Below, one piece after another: positions 18,964 to 29,865 of a DNA stretch of 64,000 bases. The notes beneath the pieces were generated by a model. That model searched no databases. It was not told the origin of the DNA and worked only from the letters and a program-made list of their open reading frames with translations. Numbering within the stretch: the first letter of the stretch is position 1; each line of letters opens with the position of its first letter. The translations under genes and the position numbers were made by a program. The stretch is from Candidatus Caldarchaeales archaeon (GTDB lineage Archaea; Thermoproteota; Nitrososphaeria_A; Caldarchaeales; Calditenuaceae). The stretch spans positions 64,001 through 128,000 of the forward strand of contig JBCNVM010000001.1 of NCBI GenBank assembly GCA_039630085.1, in the 5' to 3' direction.

Positions 18964-19755
18964 ATGAGGGTGATCGGCTTCCTCTCCGATTACGGGCTGA
19001 GGGACCCATACGTGGGGGAGGTGAAGGCGGTCGTCCTCAGGCACTGCCCCGACGCGACGGTCGTCGACGTCACGCACGAAGTCGAGCCGTTCAACGTACT
19101 GCAGGGCGCCTTCCTGCTCCACCTCGCCTACAGGCACTTCCCCATGGGCTCGGTGTTCCTAGCGGTCGTCGACCCCGGAGTGGGCACGGAGCGGAGGGGA
19201 GTGGCCATCAGGACTAGGAACCACTGGTTCGTCGGGCCCGACAACGGCCTCCTCTACCCGGCCGCGTCGGAGGACGGGATCGAGGCATGTTACGCGATAC
19301 CGCCCGAGAGATACCCAAGGTCCGGGGGCGAGACCTTCCACGGGAGGGACGTCTTCGCGCCGGTCGCGGGCTCGCTGGCTGCCGGGAGGCTCCCCGACCT
19401 CGTTCCCGTCGAACCGATGACCCTCGCGGCGCTGGAGCTGCCTCACCCCACTGTCACGGACGACGAGCTGAGGGCCGTCGTCCTCCACGTGGACCGGTTC
19501 GGGAACTGCGTGACCAACGTAGGGCTGGGCTCGCTGCCCGGCTGGATGGAGCTGGGCTCGAGGTACCTCGTCGAGGCTAAGGGCAGGACCGTAGATGCGG
19601 CCTTCGTCAGGGCCTACGGTTTCGCAGGGCCCGGCGAGTTCCTTCTGACCTTCGGGGGCACAGGATATCTGGAGCTCTCGGTGAACAGGGGTAACGCCGC
19701 CGCTGAACTAGGGATCGGGCCCGGAAGCGAGATCATGGTGCTCAGAAGGGGGTGA
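18964..19755 (+). CDS. S-adenosyl-L-methionine hydroxide adenosyltransferase (DUF62, chlorinase/fluorinase family)
   Basis: SDYGLRDPYV, VVDPGVGTER, GPDNG, TFHGRDVFAP, DRFGN, ELSVNRGNAA. Confidence 0.92.
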   Translation: MRVIGFLSDYGLRDPYVGEVKAVVLRHCPDATVVDVTHEVEPFNVLQGAFLLHLAYRHFPMGSVFLAVVDPGVGTERRGVAIRTRNHWFVGPDNGLLYPAASEDGIEACYAIPPERYPRSGGETFHGRDVFAPVAGSLAAGRLPDLVPVEPMTLAALELPHPTVTDDELRAVVLHVDRFGNCVTNVGLGSLPGWMELGSRYLVEAKGRTVDAAFVRAYGFAGPGEFLLTFGGTGYLELSVNRGNAAAELGIGPGSEIMVLRRG

Positions 19756-19761
19756 GTCGGC

Positions 19762-21555
19762 TCAGGCGAGGATCTCAGGCCTGAGGGCCGATATCGCGGC
19801 CTTGGCCTCCTGCTCGAGGGCCTCGACCTTCTCGACCTCCTCGTTCCTGAACTCGGCCTTGGCCCTGACGATCCTCGTGATGATCGGGAGCTGTCTGATC
19901 TTGATCAGCGGGACGCCCTTCCTCAGGACTTCCTCCGCGTGCCTGTGGAACGTGACGAAGAGCCTCATCAGCGCGTACTGCTTCCTCGGCGAGCAGTAGG
20001 AGTCGACCTCGTCGAAGGCGCTCTGCTGGAGGAAACCCTCCCTGATCATCCTGCCCACGTCTAAGATCAGCTTCTCCTCGTCAGCCAGCGACTCGGGCCC
20101 GAGGAGCCTCACGAGCTCCAGCAGCTCCTCCTCCCTCCTCAGGAGCCTGTAGACGTAGGCCCTCAGCTCGAACCAGTCCTCGCTGACGCTCTTCCCCCAC
20201 CAGTCCTTGACGGTCCCGACGTAGCCGGAGTAGGACATCATCCAGTTGATCGCGGGGTAGTGTCTGGTGTAGGCGAGGTTCGGGTCGAGCGCCCAGAAGG
20301 TCCTCACGAACCTGAGCGTGTGCGTCGTGACGGGCTCGGTGAAGTCGCCGCCCGGAGGCGAGACCGCTCCCACGAGCGTCATGCTCCCGACCCTCTCGGG
20401 CCTCCCCAGTACCTCGACGCGCCCGGCCCTCTCGTAGAACTCGGCGAGCCTGCTGGCCAGGTAGCTGGGATACCCCTCCTCCGCGGGCATCTCCTCCAGC
20501 CTTCCGCTGATCTCCCTGAGGGCCTCGGCCCACCTGCTCGTCGAGTCGGCCACCAGCAGGACATCGTAGCCCATGTCCCTGTAGAACTCGGCGATGGTCG
20601 CGCCGGTGTAGATGCTCGCCTCCCTCGCGGCGACGGGCATGTTGCTGGTGTTCGCGATCAGCACGGTCCTCTCCATCAGCGGCCTCCCGGTGTAGGGGTC
20701 CTTGAGGTGCGGGAACTCGGTGAGGACCTCTGCCTCCTCGTTCCCCCTCTCGCCGCAACCTATGTGTAGGATCACCTTGGCGTCGCTCCACTTCGCGAGC
20801 TGGTGGAGCGTGACCGTCTTGCCGGTCCCGAAGGCCCCCGGTATGCACCCGGTCCCTCCCTTCGCCATCGGGAAGAGGACGTCGAGGACCCTCTGTCCCG
20901 TGATCAGTGGCACGACGGGGTCCAGCCTCCTCCTGAACGGCCTCGGGGTCCTGACGGGCCACTCGTGGGCCATCCTCACCCTCTCGACGCCGTCCTTCGT
21001 CCTCACCTCCGCGATTACCTCGTCGACCGCGTAGTCCCCCTCAGGTGCCACCTCCTGGACCGTCCCCCTCGGCCCGTCGGGCGGGACCATCACTCTCGTC
21101 GTTACCAGCGGCGTCTCCTGGACCTCTCCGATCACGGTCCCTGGCTCGACCTCCTCGCCCCTCTTGACCGTCGGGACGAAGCGCCACTTCTTCTCCCGGG
21201 GGACGGCCGGGACGTCGACGCCCCTCCTGACGAAGGGCCCGACCCTCTCCGCGATCCTGTCGAGGGGCCTCTGGATGCCGTCGTAGACGCTCCCGATCAT
21301 CCCCGGACCGAGGGTTACCGAGAGCGGTGCGCCCGTCCCCTCCACCGGTTCGCCCGGCGAGAGGCCCGACGTGTTCTCGTAGACCTGGATGAACGCGACG
21401 TCGCCCGTGAGCTTGATCACCTCCCCCACGAGCTTCTCCTTCCCGACCCGGACGACCTCGTACATCTTCGCGCCCATCATGCCGTCGGCCTTCACGGCCG
21501 GGCCCGCGATCCAGACGATCCTCCCCTTTACCGGCATCTCGAGGTGCCTGCTCAC
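19762..21555 (-). CDS. atpA: A/V-type ATP synthase subunit A
   Basis: [51 protein letters not shown]; no intein. Confidence 0.97.
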   Translation of the reverse strand: MSRHLEMPVKGRIVWIAGPAVKADGMMGAKMYEVVRVGKEKLVGEVIKLTGDVAFIQVYENTSGLSPGEPVEGTGAPLSVTLGPGMIGSVYDGIQRPLDRIAERVGPFVRRGVDVPAVPREKKWRFVPTVKRGEEVEPGTVIGEVQETPLVTTRVMVPPDGPRGTVQEVAPEGDYAVDEVIAEVRTKDGVERVRMAHEWPVRTPRPFRRRLDPVVPLITGQRVLDVLFPMAKGGTGCIPGAFGTGKTVTLHQLAKWSDAKVILHIGCGERGNEEAEVLTEFPHLKDPYTGRPLMERTVLIANTSNMPVAAREASIYTGATIAEFYRDMGYDVLLVADSTSRWAEALREISGRLEEMPAEEGYPSYLASRLAEFYERAGRVEVLGRPERVGSMTLVGAVSPPGGDFTEPVTTHTLRFVRTFWALDPNLAYTRHYPAINWMMSYSGYVGTVKDWWGKSVSEDWFELRAYVYRLLRREEELLELVRLLGPESLADEEKLILDVGRMIREGFLQQSAFDEVDSYCSPRKQYALMRLFVTFHRHAEEVLRKGVPLIKIRQLPIITRIVRAKAEFRNEEVEKVEALEQEAKAAISALRPEILA

Positions 21556-21631
21556 GGCTCTCTAAAAAGGATCTTCCCCGGACCGGCTTCTCCCCGCACC
21601 GCTAAATCGGGGCCGGAGCCGCTCGGGCCGG

Positions 21632-22324
21632 ATGTCGTTCGAGCTGCTGAGGTCGAGGCTGGACGAGCTCACCTCGAGGTTCCCCGAGCTCGGGGAGCTC
21701 TGCGACCGCTGCCTCTCCTCGAGGAGGTGGGGAGGGAGCGCGGTCCTGATGGTGGTCGACGCGGCCTTCACCTCGATCGGGCTGAGCTACTTCAGGTCCG
21801 TCGTGCCAGCGGTCGCAAGAATCAAGCGGGAGCTGCTCGACCGGGGAGTCCTGACCTCCCTCGAGGAGCTCGCGGAGGTCGACGTGGACTCCGTCAGGGG
21901 TTGCTGGAGGAACAGGAGGTCGTGGGAGGTGGCGAGGGGCGTCGCGGCCAGGCTGATCGAGCTCGAGGGCGACGACGTCTCGAGGCTGAGGCGCTGGGCC
22001 TCCTCCGCGACGCTGGAGGGCTGGAAGGTAGACCCGATAGGTTCGGTGAAGGGGGTCGGACTCGTGACCTACCAGTACCTCAGGATGATGGGGGGCGTCG
22101 ACACATCCATGCCCGACAGGGTCGTCAAGCGGGTGGTCAACGGCCTCCTGAGCGAGTGCGGGTTCGAGCCGGTCGAGGACGACGTCGAGTTCGTCAGGAC
22201 TGTCGAGCGGATCTCGAGGGCCACGGGGTACAGGGCGGTCGAGCTGACGTGGTTCACGTGGCTCCTCCACGAGACCGAGCTGATGAGGAGGCCATCCTAC
22301 AGGGAGGTCGTACACCTGATCTGA
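21632..22324 (+). CDS. uncharacterised helix-hairpin-helix (HhH-GPD-like) protein
   Basis: IGSVKGVGLVTYQYLRMMGGVDTSMPDRVVKR resembles the HhH plus conserved Asp of DNA glycosylases. Confidence 0.55.
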   Translation: MSFELLRSRLDELTSRFPELGELCDRCLSSRRWGGSAVLMVVDAAFTSIGLSYFRSVVPAVARIKRELLDRGVLTSLEELAEVDVDSVRGCWRNRRSWEVARGVAARLIELEGDDVSRLRRWASSATLEGWKVDPIGSVKGVGLVTYQYLRMMGGVDTSMPDRVVKRVVNGLLSECGFEPVEDDVEFVRTVERISRATGYRAVELTWFTWLLHETELMRRPSYREVVHLI

Positions 22325-22331
22325 GCCCGCG

Positions 22332-22721
22332 TCAGTACACGTACCCGAGGAGCTTCCCTCCCAGCCCCTTCTGCTTCGCCTCCCTGTGCGACATCACGCC
22401 CTGGTTCGTGGTCACCACCAGGATCCCCACGTCCCTGCTCGGGAGGAAGCGCTTCTCGAACTCCTCATAGCCGTCCTTGCTCACGCTGTACCTCGGCCTT
22501 ATCGGTCCGGCCCTGTTGATCCTTCCGAGGAGTTGGATCACGACCTTCCCTCCCCTGCCGTCCTCGATGTACTCGAAGGCCCCGACGTACCCGTTCCTCT
22601 GGAGCGTCTTGAGGACCTCGACCACCAGCTTCGAGTACTTGTGGACGCACTCCTTGTTCCTGGCCATCTCGTTGTTGTAGAGCTTCGTGAAGAGCCCGCT
22701 GACCCAGTCGAACGTCGCCAT
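22332..22721 (-). CDS. rps8: 30S ribosomal protein uS8
   Basis: [56 protein letters not shown]. Confidence 0.96.
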   Translation of the reverse strand: MATFDWVSGLFTKLYNNEMARNKECVHKYSKLVVEVLKTLQRNGYVGAFEYIEDGRGGKVVIQLLGRINRAGPIRPRYSVSKDGYEEFEKRFLPSRDVGILVVTTNQGVMSHREAKQKGLGGKLLGYVY

Positions 22722-22938
22722 CTCCTTCCCTCCGCCGCGCCGTCCCTCCTAAAATACATGGGACCTATACCATCAGGGATTCGGCCTGGCGGCCACCGAC
22801 GCACATCCGGCCAACCCCTAAAGCGGTTGAGGTGTAACGCACTCGCCACGCTTGACGCGGTAGAGGAGGGCACGACCGTATGGGACATCGGCGAAGAGTC
22901 AGCGCTCAAGGCCACGTCGAGACGAGAGCCGTAATACA

Positions 22939-23023
22939 TGCGGGGGGTGGGATTCGAACCCACGAACCCCTACGGGACAGGGCCCTCAACCCTGCGCCTT
23001 TGACCAGGCTTGGCTACCCCCGC
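22939..23023 (-). tRNA. tRNA-Leu(GAG), intronless, long variable arm, CCA not encoded
   Basis: Reverse complement GCGGGGGTAGCCAAGCCTGGTCAAAGGCGCAGGG-TTGAGGG-CCCTGTCCCGTAGGGGTTCGTGGGTTCGAATCCCACCCCCCGCA folds as a cloverleaf. Confidence 0.95.
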
Positions 23024-23133
23024 TTCCCCGTCTCACCGAGCGAATTCCGAGCCGTCCTATTAGCCTTAATCCCAAGATATTGGGCCGCGATACGATTCGG
23101 AAGGAATAAAGCAGTGGCGGTCGGATCGGCGGC

Positions 23134-24915
23134 GTGGGACCGCTCGAGCGGATCGAGAGGGTGCTCAGGACGCCGGACCTCGTCCTCCTGGACCTCTCGA
23201 GGGACGGCGAACGCGCCTTGGTCCTCTCTAACCTCAGCGGCTCGTATCAGCTCTGGGCCTTCGGTGTGAGGGACGGTAGCGCGAAGCAGGTCACGCACGG
23301 AGACCAGAGGGTAACCCATGCGGCGATCGCTCCCGACTCGAGGACGGTAGCCTTCGCGAGGGACTTCGGCGGCGCCGAGCGGCACCAGCTCTTCGTCGCA
23401 TCGCTCGAGGGGGAATCGGAGGAGGTCCAGGTCTCCGAGTTCGAGGAGCTGAGGGTCTCGGGCCTCGCGTGGTCGCCAGAAATGAAAGAGCTGGCCGTGA
23501 CCGGGAGCACCAGCAGGTCAAACGTCCTGATGGCACACGACCTCCGGTCGCGCAGGTCCGAGGTCCTCTTCGCGTCCAAGGGGTGGGTCTTCTCGCCCGC
23601 GTGGCACGAGAGGAGGGGAGTCATCGCGGCCTCCGCGGTCACCACGGAGGCGCCGAGGTCCTCGGAGCTCGTGTTCGTCCACGTCGACGAGGGCAGGGCC
23701 GAGGTCTTCACGCCGAAGCCCGGGAGCGAGAACGCCGGACCCCGTTGGCATCCCAGCGATCCGAAGGTCCTCTTCAGGACCAACTGCACCGGCGAGTACG
23801 ACATCGCGGTCCACGACCTCGGGTCCGGGTCCACGCAGCTCCTCGGGCTCTCGGGGCACGGCGTCGACTTCCCCGTCTTCGGCTGGCTCGGCGACGGAGG
23901 TGACGTCTGGTTCGCCGCGAGGAGGAGGGGCAGGACGAGGCTCTACGTCAGGAGGCGCGACGGCTCTGTCGATGAGCTCCCAACCCCCGAGGGGACGGTG
24001 AGCGGCGTCTCGTTCGACGGCTCGGGCTCGATCGGGGCGTTCTCCTGGTCTTCGCTCTCGAGGCCTCCCGCGCTGTTCAGGCTCGACGCGAGGACGCGCT
24101 CCTTCTCCGAGGTCTACTCCGTCCGCGTGCCAGAGGGGGTGGAGCTGGGCAGGGCCGAGTTCGTGACCTACAGGTCCTTCGACGGCCTCGAGGTGCCCGC
24201 CTTCCTCTTGCTCCACGGGGGCCTCAGGGACAGGAGGGCCTGCGTCGTCTGGGCGCACGGGGGTCCGTGGTGGGAGGTCGCTGACGAGTGGAACGCGGCG
24301 ATTCAGGCGATCTCGGCAGCGGGCTTCCACGTCCTCTGCCCCAACTTCAGGGGTAGCACGGGGTACGGCGCGGAGTTCGAGCGGATGAACGTCGGCGACC
24401 CCGGCGGCGGCGACCTGATGGACGTGCTCCACGGCGTCGAGTTCCTCCGGAGCGAGGGCCTCCTCGACGACGACAGGGTCGCGATCGTCGGCGCGAGCTA
24501 CGGCGGCTTCATGACCTTCCTCGCCATGGTCAAGCACCCGGAGGTATGGAGGGCCGGCGCGGCGATAGTCGGCGTCACCGACTGGGAGGAGATGTACAGG
24601 CTCTCGGACGCGGCCTTCAGGAACTTCATCGAGCAGCTGCTCGGGAAGCCCGAGGAGAGGCCCGAGCTCTTCAGGGACAGGTCCCCGATCAGCTTCGTCC
24701 ACCGGATAAGGGCTCCCATATTGGTCTGGCACAGGGCCAACGACAGCAGGTGTCCGCTCCAGCCGGTGGCTAAGTTCGTGGAGAGGCTGAGGGAGCTCGG
24801 GAGGCCGCACGAGTTCCACGTCGTGGAGGGCGAGGGGCACGGGCACCAGCGGCTCGAGAACTTCGTGAGACAGTACAGGGCCGTCGTTGACTTCCTCCTC
24901 AGGCACCTAGCGTGA
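23134..24915 (+). CDS. S9 family (acylaminoacyl/prolyl oligo) peptidase
   Basis: N-terminal beta-propeller; HGGP, NFRGSTGYG, GASYGG nucleophile, NDSRCP, EGHG. Confidence 0.92.
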   Translation: MGPLERIERVLRTPDLVLLDLSRDGERALVLSNLSGSYQLWAFGVRDGSAKQVTHGDQRVTHAAIAPDSRTVAFARDFGGAERHQLFVASLEGESEEVQVSEFEELRVSGLAWSPEMKELAVTGSTSRSNVLMAHDLRSRRSEVLFASKGWVFSPAWHERRGVIAASAVTTEAPRSSELVFVHVDEGRAEVFTPKPGSENAGPRWHPSDPKVLFRTNCTGEYDIAVHDLGSGSTQLLGLSGHGVDFPVFGWLGDGGDVWFAARRRGRTRLYVRRRDGSVDELPTPEGTVSGVSFDGSGSIGAFSWSSLSRPPALFRLDARTRSFSEVYSVRVPEGVELGRAEFVTYRSFDGLEVPAFLLLHGGLRDRRACVVWAHGGPWWEVADEWNAAIQAISAAGFHVLCPNFRGSTGYGAEFERMNVGDPGGGDLMDVLHGVEFLRSEGLLDDDRVAIVGASYGGFMTFLAMVKHPEVWRAGAAIVGVTDWEEMYRLSDAAFRNFIEQLLGKPEERPELFRDRSPISFVHRIRAPILVWHRANDSRCPLQPVAKFVERLRELGRPHEFHVVEGEGHGHQRLENFVRQYRAVVDFLLRHLA

Positions 24916-24983
24916 GGTACCCCGAATATTTCTCGAGGTCAGGGAAAAATAAAAGAACCTAGGCTGCACCCGATTGGCAGAGC

Positions 24984-27900
24984 ATGTACGCCCTCCCGCC
25001 GATCTACGAGCCGGCCAAGGTCGAGGAGGAGGTGGCGAGGTTCTGGAGGGAGAACGACGTGATCAAGAAGTTCCTCGAGCTGAACAAGGGAGGGCCCGTC
25101 TTCTCGTTCCTGGAGGGGCCTCCTACGGTCAACGGGTACATGCACGTCGGGCACGCGAGGGGCAGGGTCTGCAAGGACGTGGTCCTGAGGTTCAAGGCGA
25201 TGCAGGGGTTCTACGTCTGGAAGAGGGCCGGTTGGGACTGTCAGGGCCTCCCGACGGAGATCGAGGTCGAGAAGGCGCTAGGGATCAGGTCGAAGAAGGA
25301 CGTCGAGGCGATCGGGATGGAGAGGTTCGTCGGGGAGGCGAACAAGCTGGTCGACCACTACATCGGTCACTGGAGGGCCGACTCGGAGAGGCTCGGGCTC
25401 TGGCTCGACTACGACACCGCCTATGAGACCAGAAGCGAGCGCTACATGGAGCACGTCTGGTACCTCCTCAAAAAGGCCCACGAGGAGGGCGACCTGGTCG
25501 TCAGCTACAAGGTCGTCCCCTTCTGCCCCAGGTGCGAGACCCCCCTCTCCTCCCACGAGGTCTCCCAAGGCTACGAGGAGGTCGAGGACTTCTCCCTGTA
25601 CGTCCTCTTCCCCATCGAGTCCAGGCCCGGGACCTATGCGGTAATCTGGACGACGACCCCCTGGACGCTTCTGGCCAACGAGGCGATAGCCGTCAGCGGA
25701 GACGAGGTCTACGTCGAGGTCAGCACCGACCGGGGCAATCTGATCGTCGCGGAGAAGCTGCTCGACCAGGTCAGGAGCAACGCGAGGCTCGGGACCGTGG
25801 ACGTGGTGAGGAGGTTCCCGGGCTCCGAGCTCGAGGGCCTGAGGTACGTCCACCCGTTCGCGGAGGAGGTCAGGGTCCACGGCCAGCACCAGCATCCGGC
25901 ACACTCGATACTCACGGCCGAGTTCGTCTCGATGGAGGAGGGCACCGGGCTCGTCCACATCGCGCCCGGCCACGGCCCCGAGGACTTCGAGCTCGGGAAG
26001 AGGCACGGGCTGCCGGTCTTCTGCCCGATCGCCACCAACGGCGCCTTTACGGACGATGTCGGGCCCTTCTCCGGGAGGGACCACAGGGAGTCCGCGGAGG
26101 ACGTCATCCGGCTCCTCTCGAGGAAGGGGCTCCTGCTCCACAGGGGGACGGTCATCCACAACTACCCTCACTGCTGGAGGTGCGGGACGCCGCTCGTCTA
26201 CCTGGCGAGCAGGCAGTGGTTTCTCAAGGTCGACAGGATAAAGAGGCTGATGCTCGAGGAGAACAGCAGGGTCAGGTGGGTCCCCGCCTGGGCCGGCTCC
26301 GCGAGGTTCAGGGAGTGGCTCGAGAACGCCGAGGACTGGTGCATCTCGAGGACCAAGGTCTGGGGAACCCCGCTGAACGTCTGGACCTGCGAGTCCTGCG
26401 GCTCGAGGAGGGTCGTCGGGTCTAAGGCCGAGATCGAGAGGGATGCGATCGAGTTCCCGAGGCCGCTAAGGCTCCACAGGCCGTGGGTCGACGCGGTCGT
26501 CTTCAGGTGCGAGAGGTGCGGGGGGATGATGAGGAGGGAGCCCTTCGTCCTGGACACCTGGCTCGACTCGGGCGTCGCCCACTTCGCGAGCGTCGACTAC
26601 CTCTCGAACCCCACCCTCTTCAACAGGCTCTCCCCCTACGACTTCATCACCGAGGCGATCGACCAGACCCGCGGTTGGTTCTACACGCTCCTCTTCACAT
26701 CCGCCCTCCTCTTCGGCAGGTCGCCCTTCAAGTCGGTCCTGACCCAGAACCACGTCCTCGACAAGGAGGGGAAGAAGATGTCCAAGAGCAGGGGGAACGT
26801 GATCTGGGCCAGAGAGTCGTTCGAGAGGTTCGGGGTCGACAACCTTCGCCTCTACCTGCTCGTCAAGTCGCAGGTCTGGGAGACGATGAACTTCGACCCG
26901 GACGAGGTCAGGCAGGTCCAAGCAAACCTCAACGTCCTCTGGAACGTCGTCTCCTTCGCGAAGACCTACTTCGAGCTGGACAAGTACGACCCGGAGAGGG
27001 AGGGGTATGACGCCTACGAGAGGTTCGCGGAGCCCGAGGACAGGTGGATAGTCTCGAGGGTCAACTCGCTGATAAGGTCGGTCACTTCGTCGATAGAGAG
27101 GTACGAGCTCACGGACGCCGCGAGGGCGCTGCTGAGGTTCGCGACCGACGAGCTGAGCAGGAGGTACATCAGGGCTGTCAGGAGGAGGTTCTGGGAGGAG
27201 ACCAGGTCCCCGAAGAAGATCGCCTCCTACGCCGCGACCTACTACGTGCTGGTCAGGTATCTGACGATGCTCTCGGCCTTCGCGCCCTACGTCGCCGAGT
27301 ACCTCTACCAGCGCCTGCGGACGAAGTCGATGCCGGAGAGCGTCTCTCTAATGAAGTGGCCGAGGGTCGAGCCGGAGAAGGTCGACCAGGAGCTGGAGGA
27401 CGCGATGGAGGTCGTCGACGACGTCATCTCCGCCTCCCTCAGCGCGAGGCAGAGGGCCGGGTACAAGCTGAGGTGGCCCGTATCGAGGGTCGTTGTGTCG
27501 CCGAACTCGCCGAGGACGAGGGACTCGATCCTTAAGCTCTCCGACTACCTCGCGAGGATGACCAACGCGATGCGCGTCGAGGTGCTTGAGGTCAGCGAGT
27601 CTCCGAGGGAGGCGTGGAAGGAGCTGGAGCCGGTCCTGAGCGAGCTGGGGCCCGCGGCGGGCAGGAGGCTCAACGACGTCGTGGCCGCCCTCAGGTCCTC
27701 CAAGCCCGTCGAGGTGATCGAGGCGCTCAACGCCAACGGCGAGTGCGTCCTCAACCTCCCCGACGGGTCCGTCTTCGTCCTCAGGCCCGAACACGTGCAG
27801 GTCGTCGAGAGGTTGCCGGACTGGCTCAAGTCATCGAGCGGGAGGTTCGCGACCGTCTACGTCGACGTGAGGACCGACCAAGTCCTGAAGTCGATGGCTT

Positions 27901-28178
27901 TCGCCAACGAGGTGATCAGGCGGGTCCAAGTGATGAGGAAGGAGCTGAGCCTGGAGCTGACCGAGGTCGTCGACTGCAGCGTCTACGTCTCCGACCCCCT
28001 CAAGGCCGAAGGCCTCAGGTCCCTCGCCGAACACATCGAGGAGGAGACGAGGACCAGGCTGGAGCTCGCGGGCGCGCCTCCCTCCGAGGGGGAGTTCGAG
28101 AGGGTGAGCGAGTGGGACGTGGAGGGCGCCAAGCTCGTCATCGGGCTGGTGAGAAGGAGAGGCGTTGGAGCTGGCTAG
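24984..28178 (+). CDS. ileS: isoleucine--tRNA ligase
   Basis: EGPPTVNG, HVGH, GWDCQGLP, WTTTPWTL, GTGLVHIAP, DQTRGWF, KMSKS. Confidence 0.97.
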   Translation: MYALPPIYEPAKVEEEVARFWRENDVIKKFLELNKGGPVFSFLEGPPTVNGYMHVGHARGRVCKDVVLRFKAMQGFYVWKRAGWDCQGLPTEIEVEKALGIRSKKDVEAIGMERFVGEANKLVDHYIGHWRADSERLGLWLDYDTAYETRSERYMEHVWYLLKKAHEEGDLVVSYKVVPFCPRCETPLSSHEVSQGYEEVEDFSLYVLFPIESRPGTYAVIWTTTPWTLLANEAIAVSGDEVYVEVSTDRGNLIVAEKLLDQVRSNARLGTVDVVRRFPGSELEGLRYVHPFAEEVRVHGQHQHPAHSILTAEFVSMEEGTGLVHIAPGHGPEDFELGKRHGLPVFCPIATNGAFTDDVGPFSGRDHRESAEDVIRLLSRKGLLLHRGTVIHNYPHCWRCGTPLVYLASRQWFLKVDRIKRLMLEENSRVRWVPAWAGSARFREWLENAEDWCISRTKVWGTPLNVWTCESCGSRRVVGSKAEIERDAIEFPRPLRLHRPWVDAVVFRCERCGGMMRREPFVLDTWLDSGVAHFASVDYLSNPTLFNRLSPYDFITEAIDQTRGWFYTLLFTSALLFGRSPFKSVLTQNHVLDKEGKKMSKSRGNVIWARESFERFGVDNLRLYLLVKSQVWETMNFDPDEVRQVQANLNVLWNVVSFAKTYFELDKYDPEREGYDAYERFAEPEDRWIVSRVNSLIRSVTSSIERYELTDAARALLRFATDELSRRYIRAVRRRFWEETRSPKKIASYAATYYVLVRYLTMLSAFAPYVAEYLYQRLRTKSMPESVSLMKWPRVEPEKVDQELEDAMEVVDDVISASLSARQRAGYKLRWPVSRVVVSPNSPRTRDSILKLSDYLARMTNAMRVEVLEVSESPREAWKELEPVLSELGPAAGRRLNDVVAALRSSKPVEVIEALNANGECVLNLPDGSVFVLRPEHVQVVERLPDWLKSSSGRFATVYVDVRTDQVLKSMAFANEVIRRVQVMRKELSLELTEVVDCSVYVSDPLKAEGLRSLAEHIEEETRTRLELAGAPPSEGEFERVSEWDVEGAKLVIGLVRRRGVGAG

Positions 28179-29064
28179 GACCCTGAGGGCGGTCGAGGAG
28201 CTCTCCGACAGGCACTTCAACGTCCTCCGGGCGATCGAGCGGAGCTCGCTGAGGGGTTCCGCGACCCTCCCCGAGGCGATCTCGAGGGCCCTCGGTCTCT
28301 CGGGGGACTACGTCGCGAGGCTGCTGGGGGATCTCCACGGGGCCTCGCTGATCTGGGCTCCCCGCGGGAGGAAGCAGGGATACGTCCTGAACTACGCCGG
28401 CCTCGACGCCCTCGCCCTCAGGACGATGTTGAGGAGGGGCATCCTGGCCTCGGTCGGCGGAGCGCTCGGGGTCGGGAAGGAGGCCGACGTCTACGAGGCG
28501 GTCACGCCAGAGGGCGAGCGGGTCTCCCTGAAGCTGTACAGAGCCGGTCGAGCCAGCATGACCAAGTACAGAAGGACGAGGGGGCTTCCCTCCGAGCTCG
28601 GGAGCTATTTAGCCGCCTCGGTGAGGTTTGCGGCTGACGAAGTCCGTGCCCTGAGGACCCTGAGCGCAGCAGGGCTCCCGGTCCCGAGCCCGGTCTACAG
28701 GAACAGGCACGCGGTCGTCGCCCAGCTGATCGAGGGCCGCCTGCTGGTGAAGGCCAGATCGGTCCAGAGGCCTCCCGAGCTGATCCTCGAGGAGCTCCTG
28801 AAGTCCATCAGGGACGCCTACGAGGCCGGGGTCATTCACCGGGACCTCAGCGCCTACAACGTGATGGTCGACCAGGAGGGGAGGCCTTGGATAATAGACT
28901 GGCCGCAGTGGGTCGGCAGGGACCACCCCAACGCGCAGCTCTGCCTCAGGAGGGACGTCCAGAACGTCGTCGACTTCTTCGTGAGGCGCTACCACCTCGC
29001 GGTCCCTTCGAATATGGTCGAGGACTTCCTGAGTTCCGTCCTGCAGTCGGGCGCCCCGCAGTAG
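28165..29064 (+). CDS. rio2: RIO2-type serine/threonine protein kinase
   Basis: N-terminal wHTH (GYVLNYAGLDALAL), GVGKEADVY, IHRDLSAYNV, IIDWPQ. Confidence 0.9.
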   Translation: MELARTLRAVEELSDRHFNVLRAIERSSLRGSATLPEAISRALGLSGDYVARLLGDLHGASLIWAPRGRKQGYVLNYAGLDALALRTMLRRGILASVGGALGVGKEADVYEAVTPEGERVSLKLYRAGRASMTKYRRTRGLPSELGSYLAASVRFAADEVRALRTLSAAGLPVPSPVYRNRHAVVAQLIEGRLLVKARSVQRPPELILEELLKSIRDAYEAGVIHRDLSAYNVMVDQEGRPWIIDWPQWVGRDHPNAQLCLRRDVQNVVDFFVRRYHLAVPSNMVEDFLSSVLQSGAPQ

Positions 29065-29126
29065 GACTGAAGTGCCCGATCGGAAATAATGTTATAAATA
29101 CGGACGGGCCGGAGTGGGGGGCAAGC

Positions 29127-29792
29127 ATGCCGTCAAAGATCACCGTCGGGCTCGTGCTCTCCGTTCTGGGCCTCGGCGTCGCCCTCGCCCCGACCCTCAT
29201 CTACCTGCTCGCGCTGGGGACGCCGATAGGTGACGCCCTCGCGGTCGAGGTTATCCCCTCGGTCCCCGTCTACCTCATCCTGTCGATGGCTGGCGTTCCT
29301 CCGTCGCTCGTAGGAGCTTATACGTTCAGGAAGGGCGTCAGGGAGCTAGTCGCCTCGCAGGTCCTCGAGTCGAGGCTCGCCGAGGCGGAGAGGGCAGCGC
29401 CTCCGACGGGGGCAGTCCAGGGGGCGTCGGCACCGGCGGTCGGGCCCCAGCGGTCCCGGCGGGCGGCTGCCGGACGGGCGTCGGCCCCGAGTCCCTCGGC
29501 GGAGTCGGTACCGGCGGTTAGGCAGAGCAACCCGGGCCCTCAAATCTCCGTGACTCCCGCAACCCGGCAGTTCTCCGTGAAGACGAGGAGCGAGTGGAAG
29601 GTCTGCCCCCAGTGCGGACAGAGCGCGGAGCTCGAGGCTGACTCGTGCGGTTACTGCGGGTACGGCTTCCCCAGGTCCCACGTCGAATCGTGTCCGGTCT
29701 GCGGCGCGCCGCTCAGCTACGCGAGGCGGATCTCCGGAAACCTCTACGCTTGCGGCATCTGCTTCAGCGAGCTCGTAAAGGTCGCGTCCTGA
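29127..29792 (+). CDS. membrane protein with C-terminal double zinc ribbon
   Basis: Two TM segments, Ala/Pro-rich linker, CPQC...CGYC...CPVC...CGIC. Confidence 0.7.
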   Translation: MPSKITVGLVLSVLGLGVALAPTLIYLLALGTPIGDALAVEVIPSVPVYLILSMAGVPPSLVGAYTFRKGVRELVASQVLESRLAEAERAAPPTGAVQGASAPAVGPQRSRRAAAGRASAPSPSAESVPAVRQSNPGPQISVTPATRQFSVKTRSEWKVCPQCGQSAELEADSCGYCGYGFPRSHVESCPVCGAPLSYARRISGNLYACGICFSELVKVAS

Positions 29793-29865
29793 CCTCGCGT
29801 CCCTCGCTCCGCGACGGAAATACACTTATGAGGATCTGGCGGGCAACTGCGTTTGAGAAGGGAGG

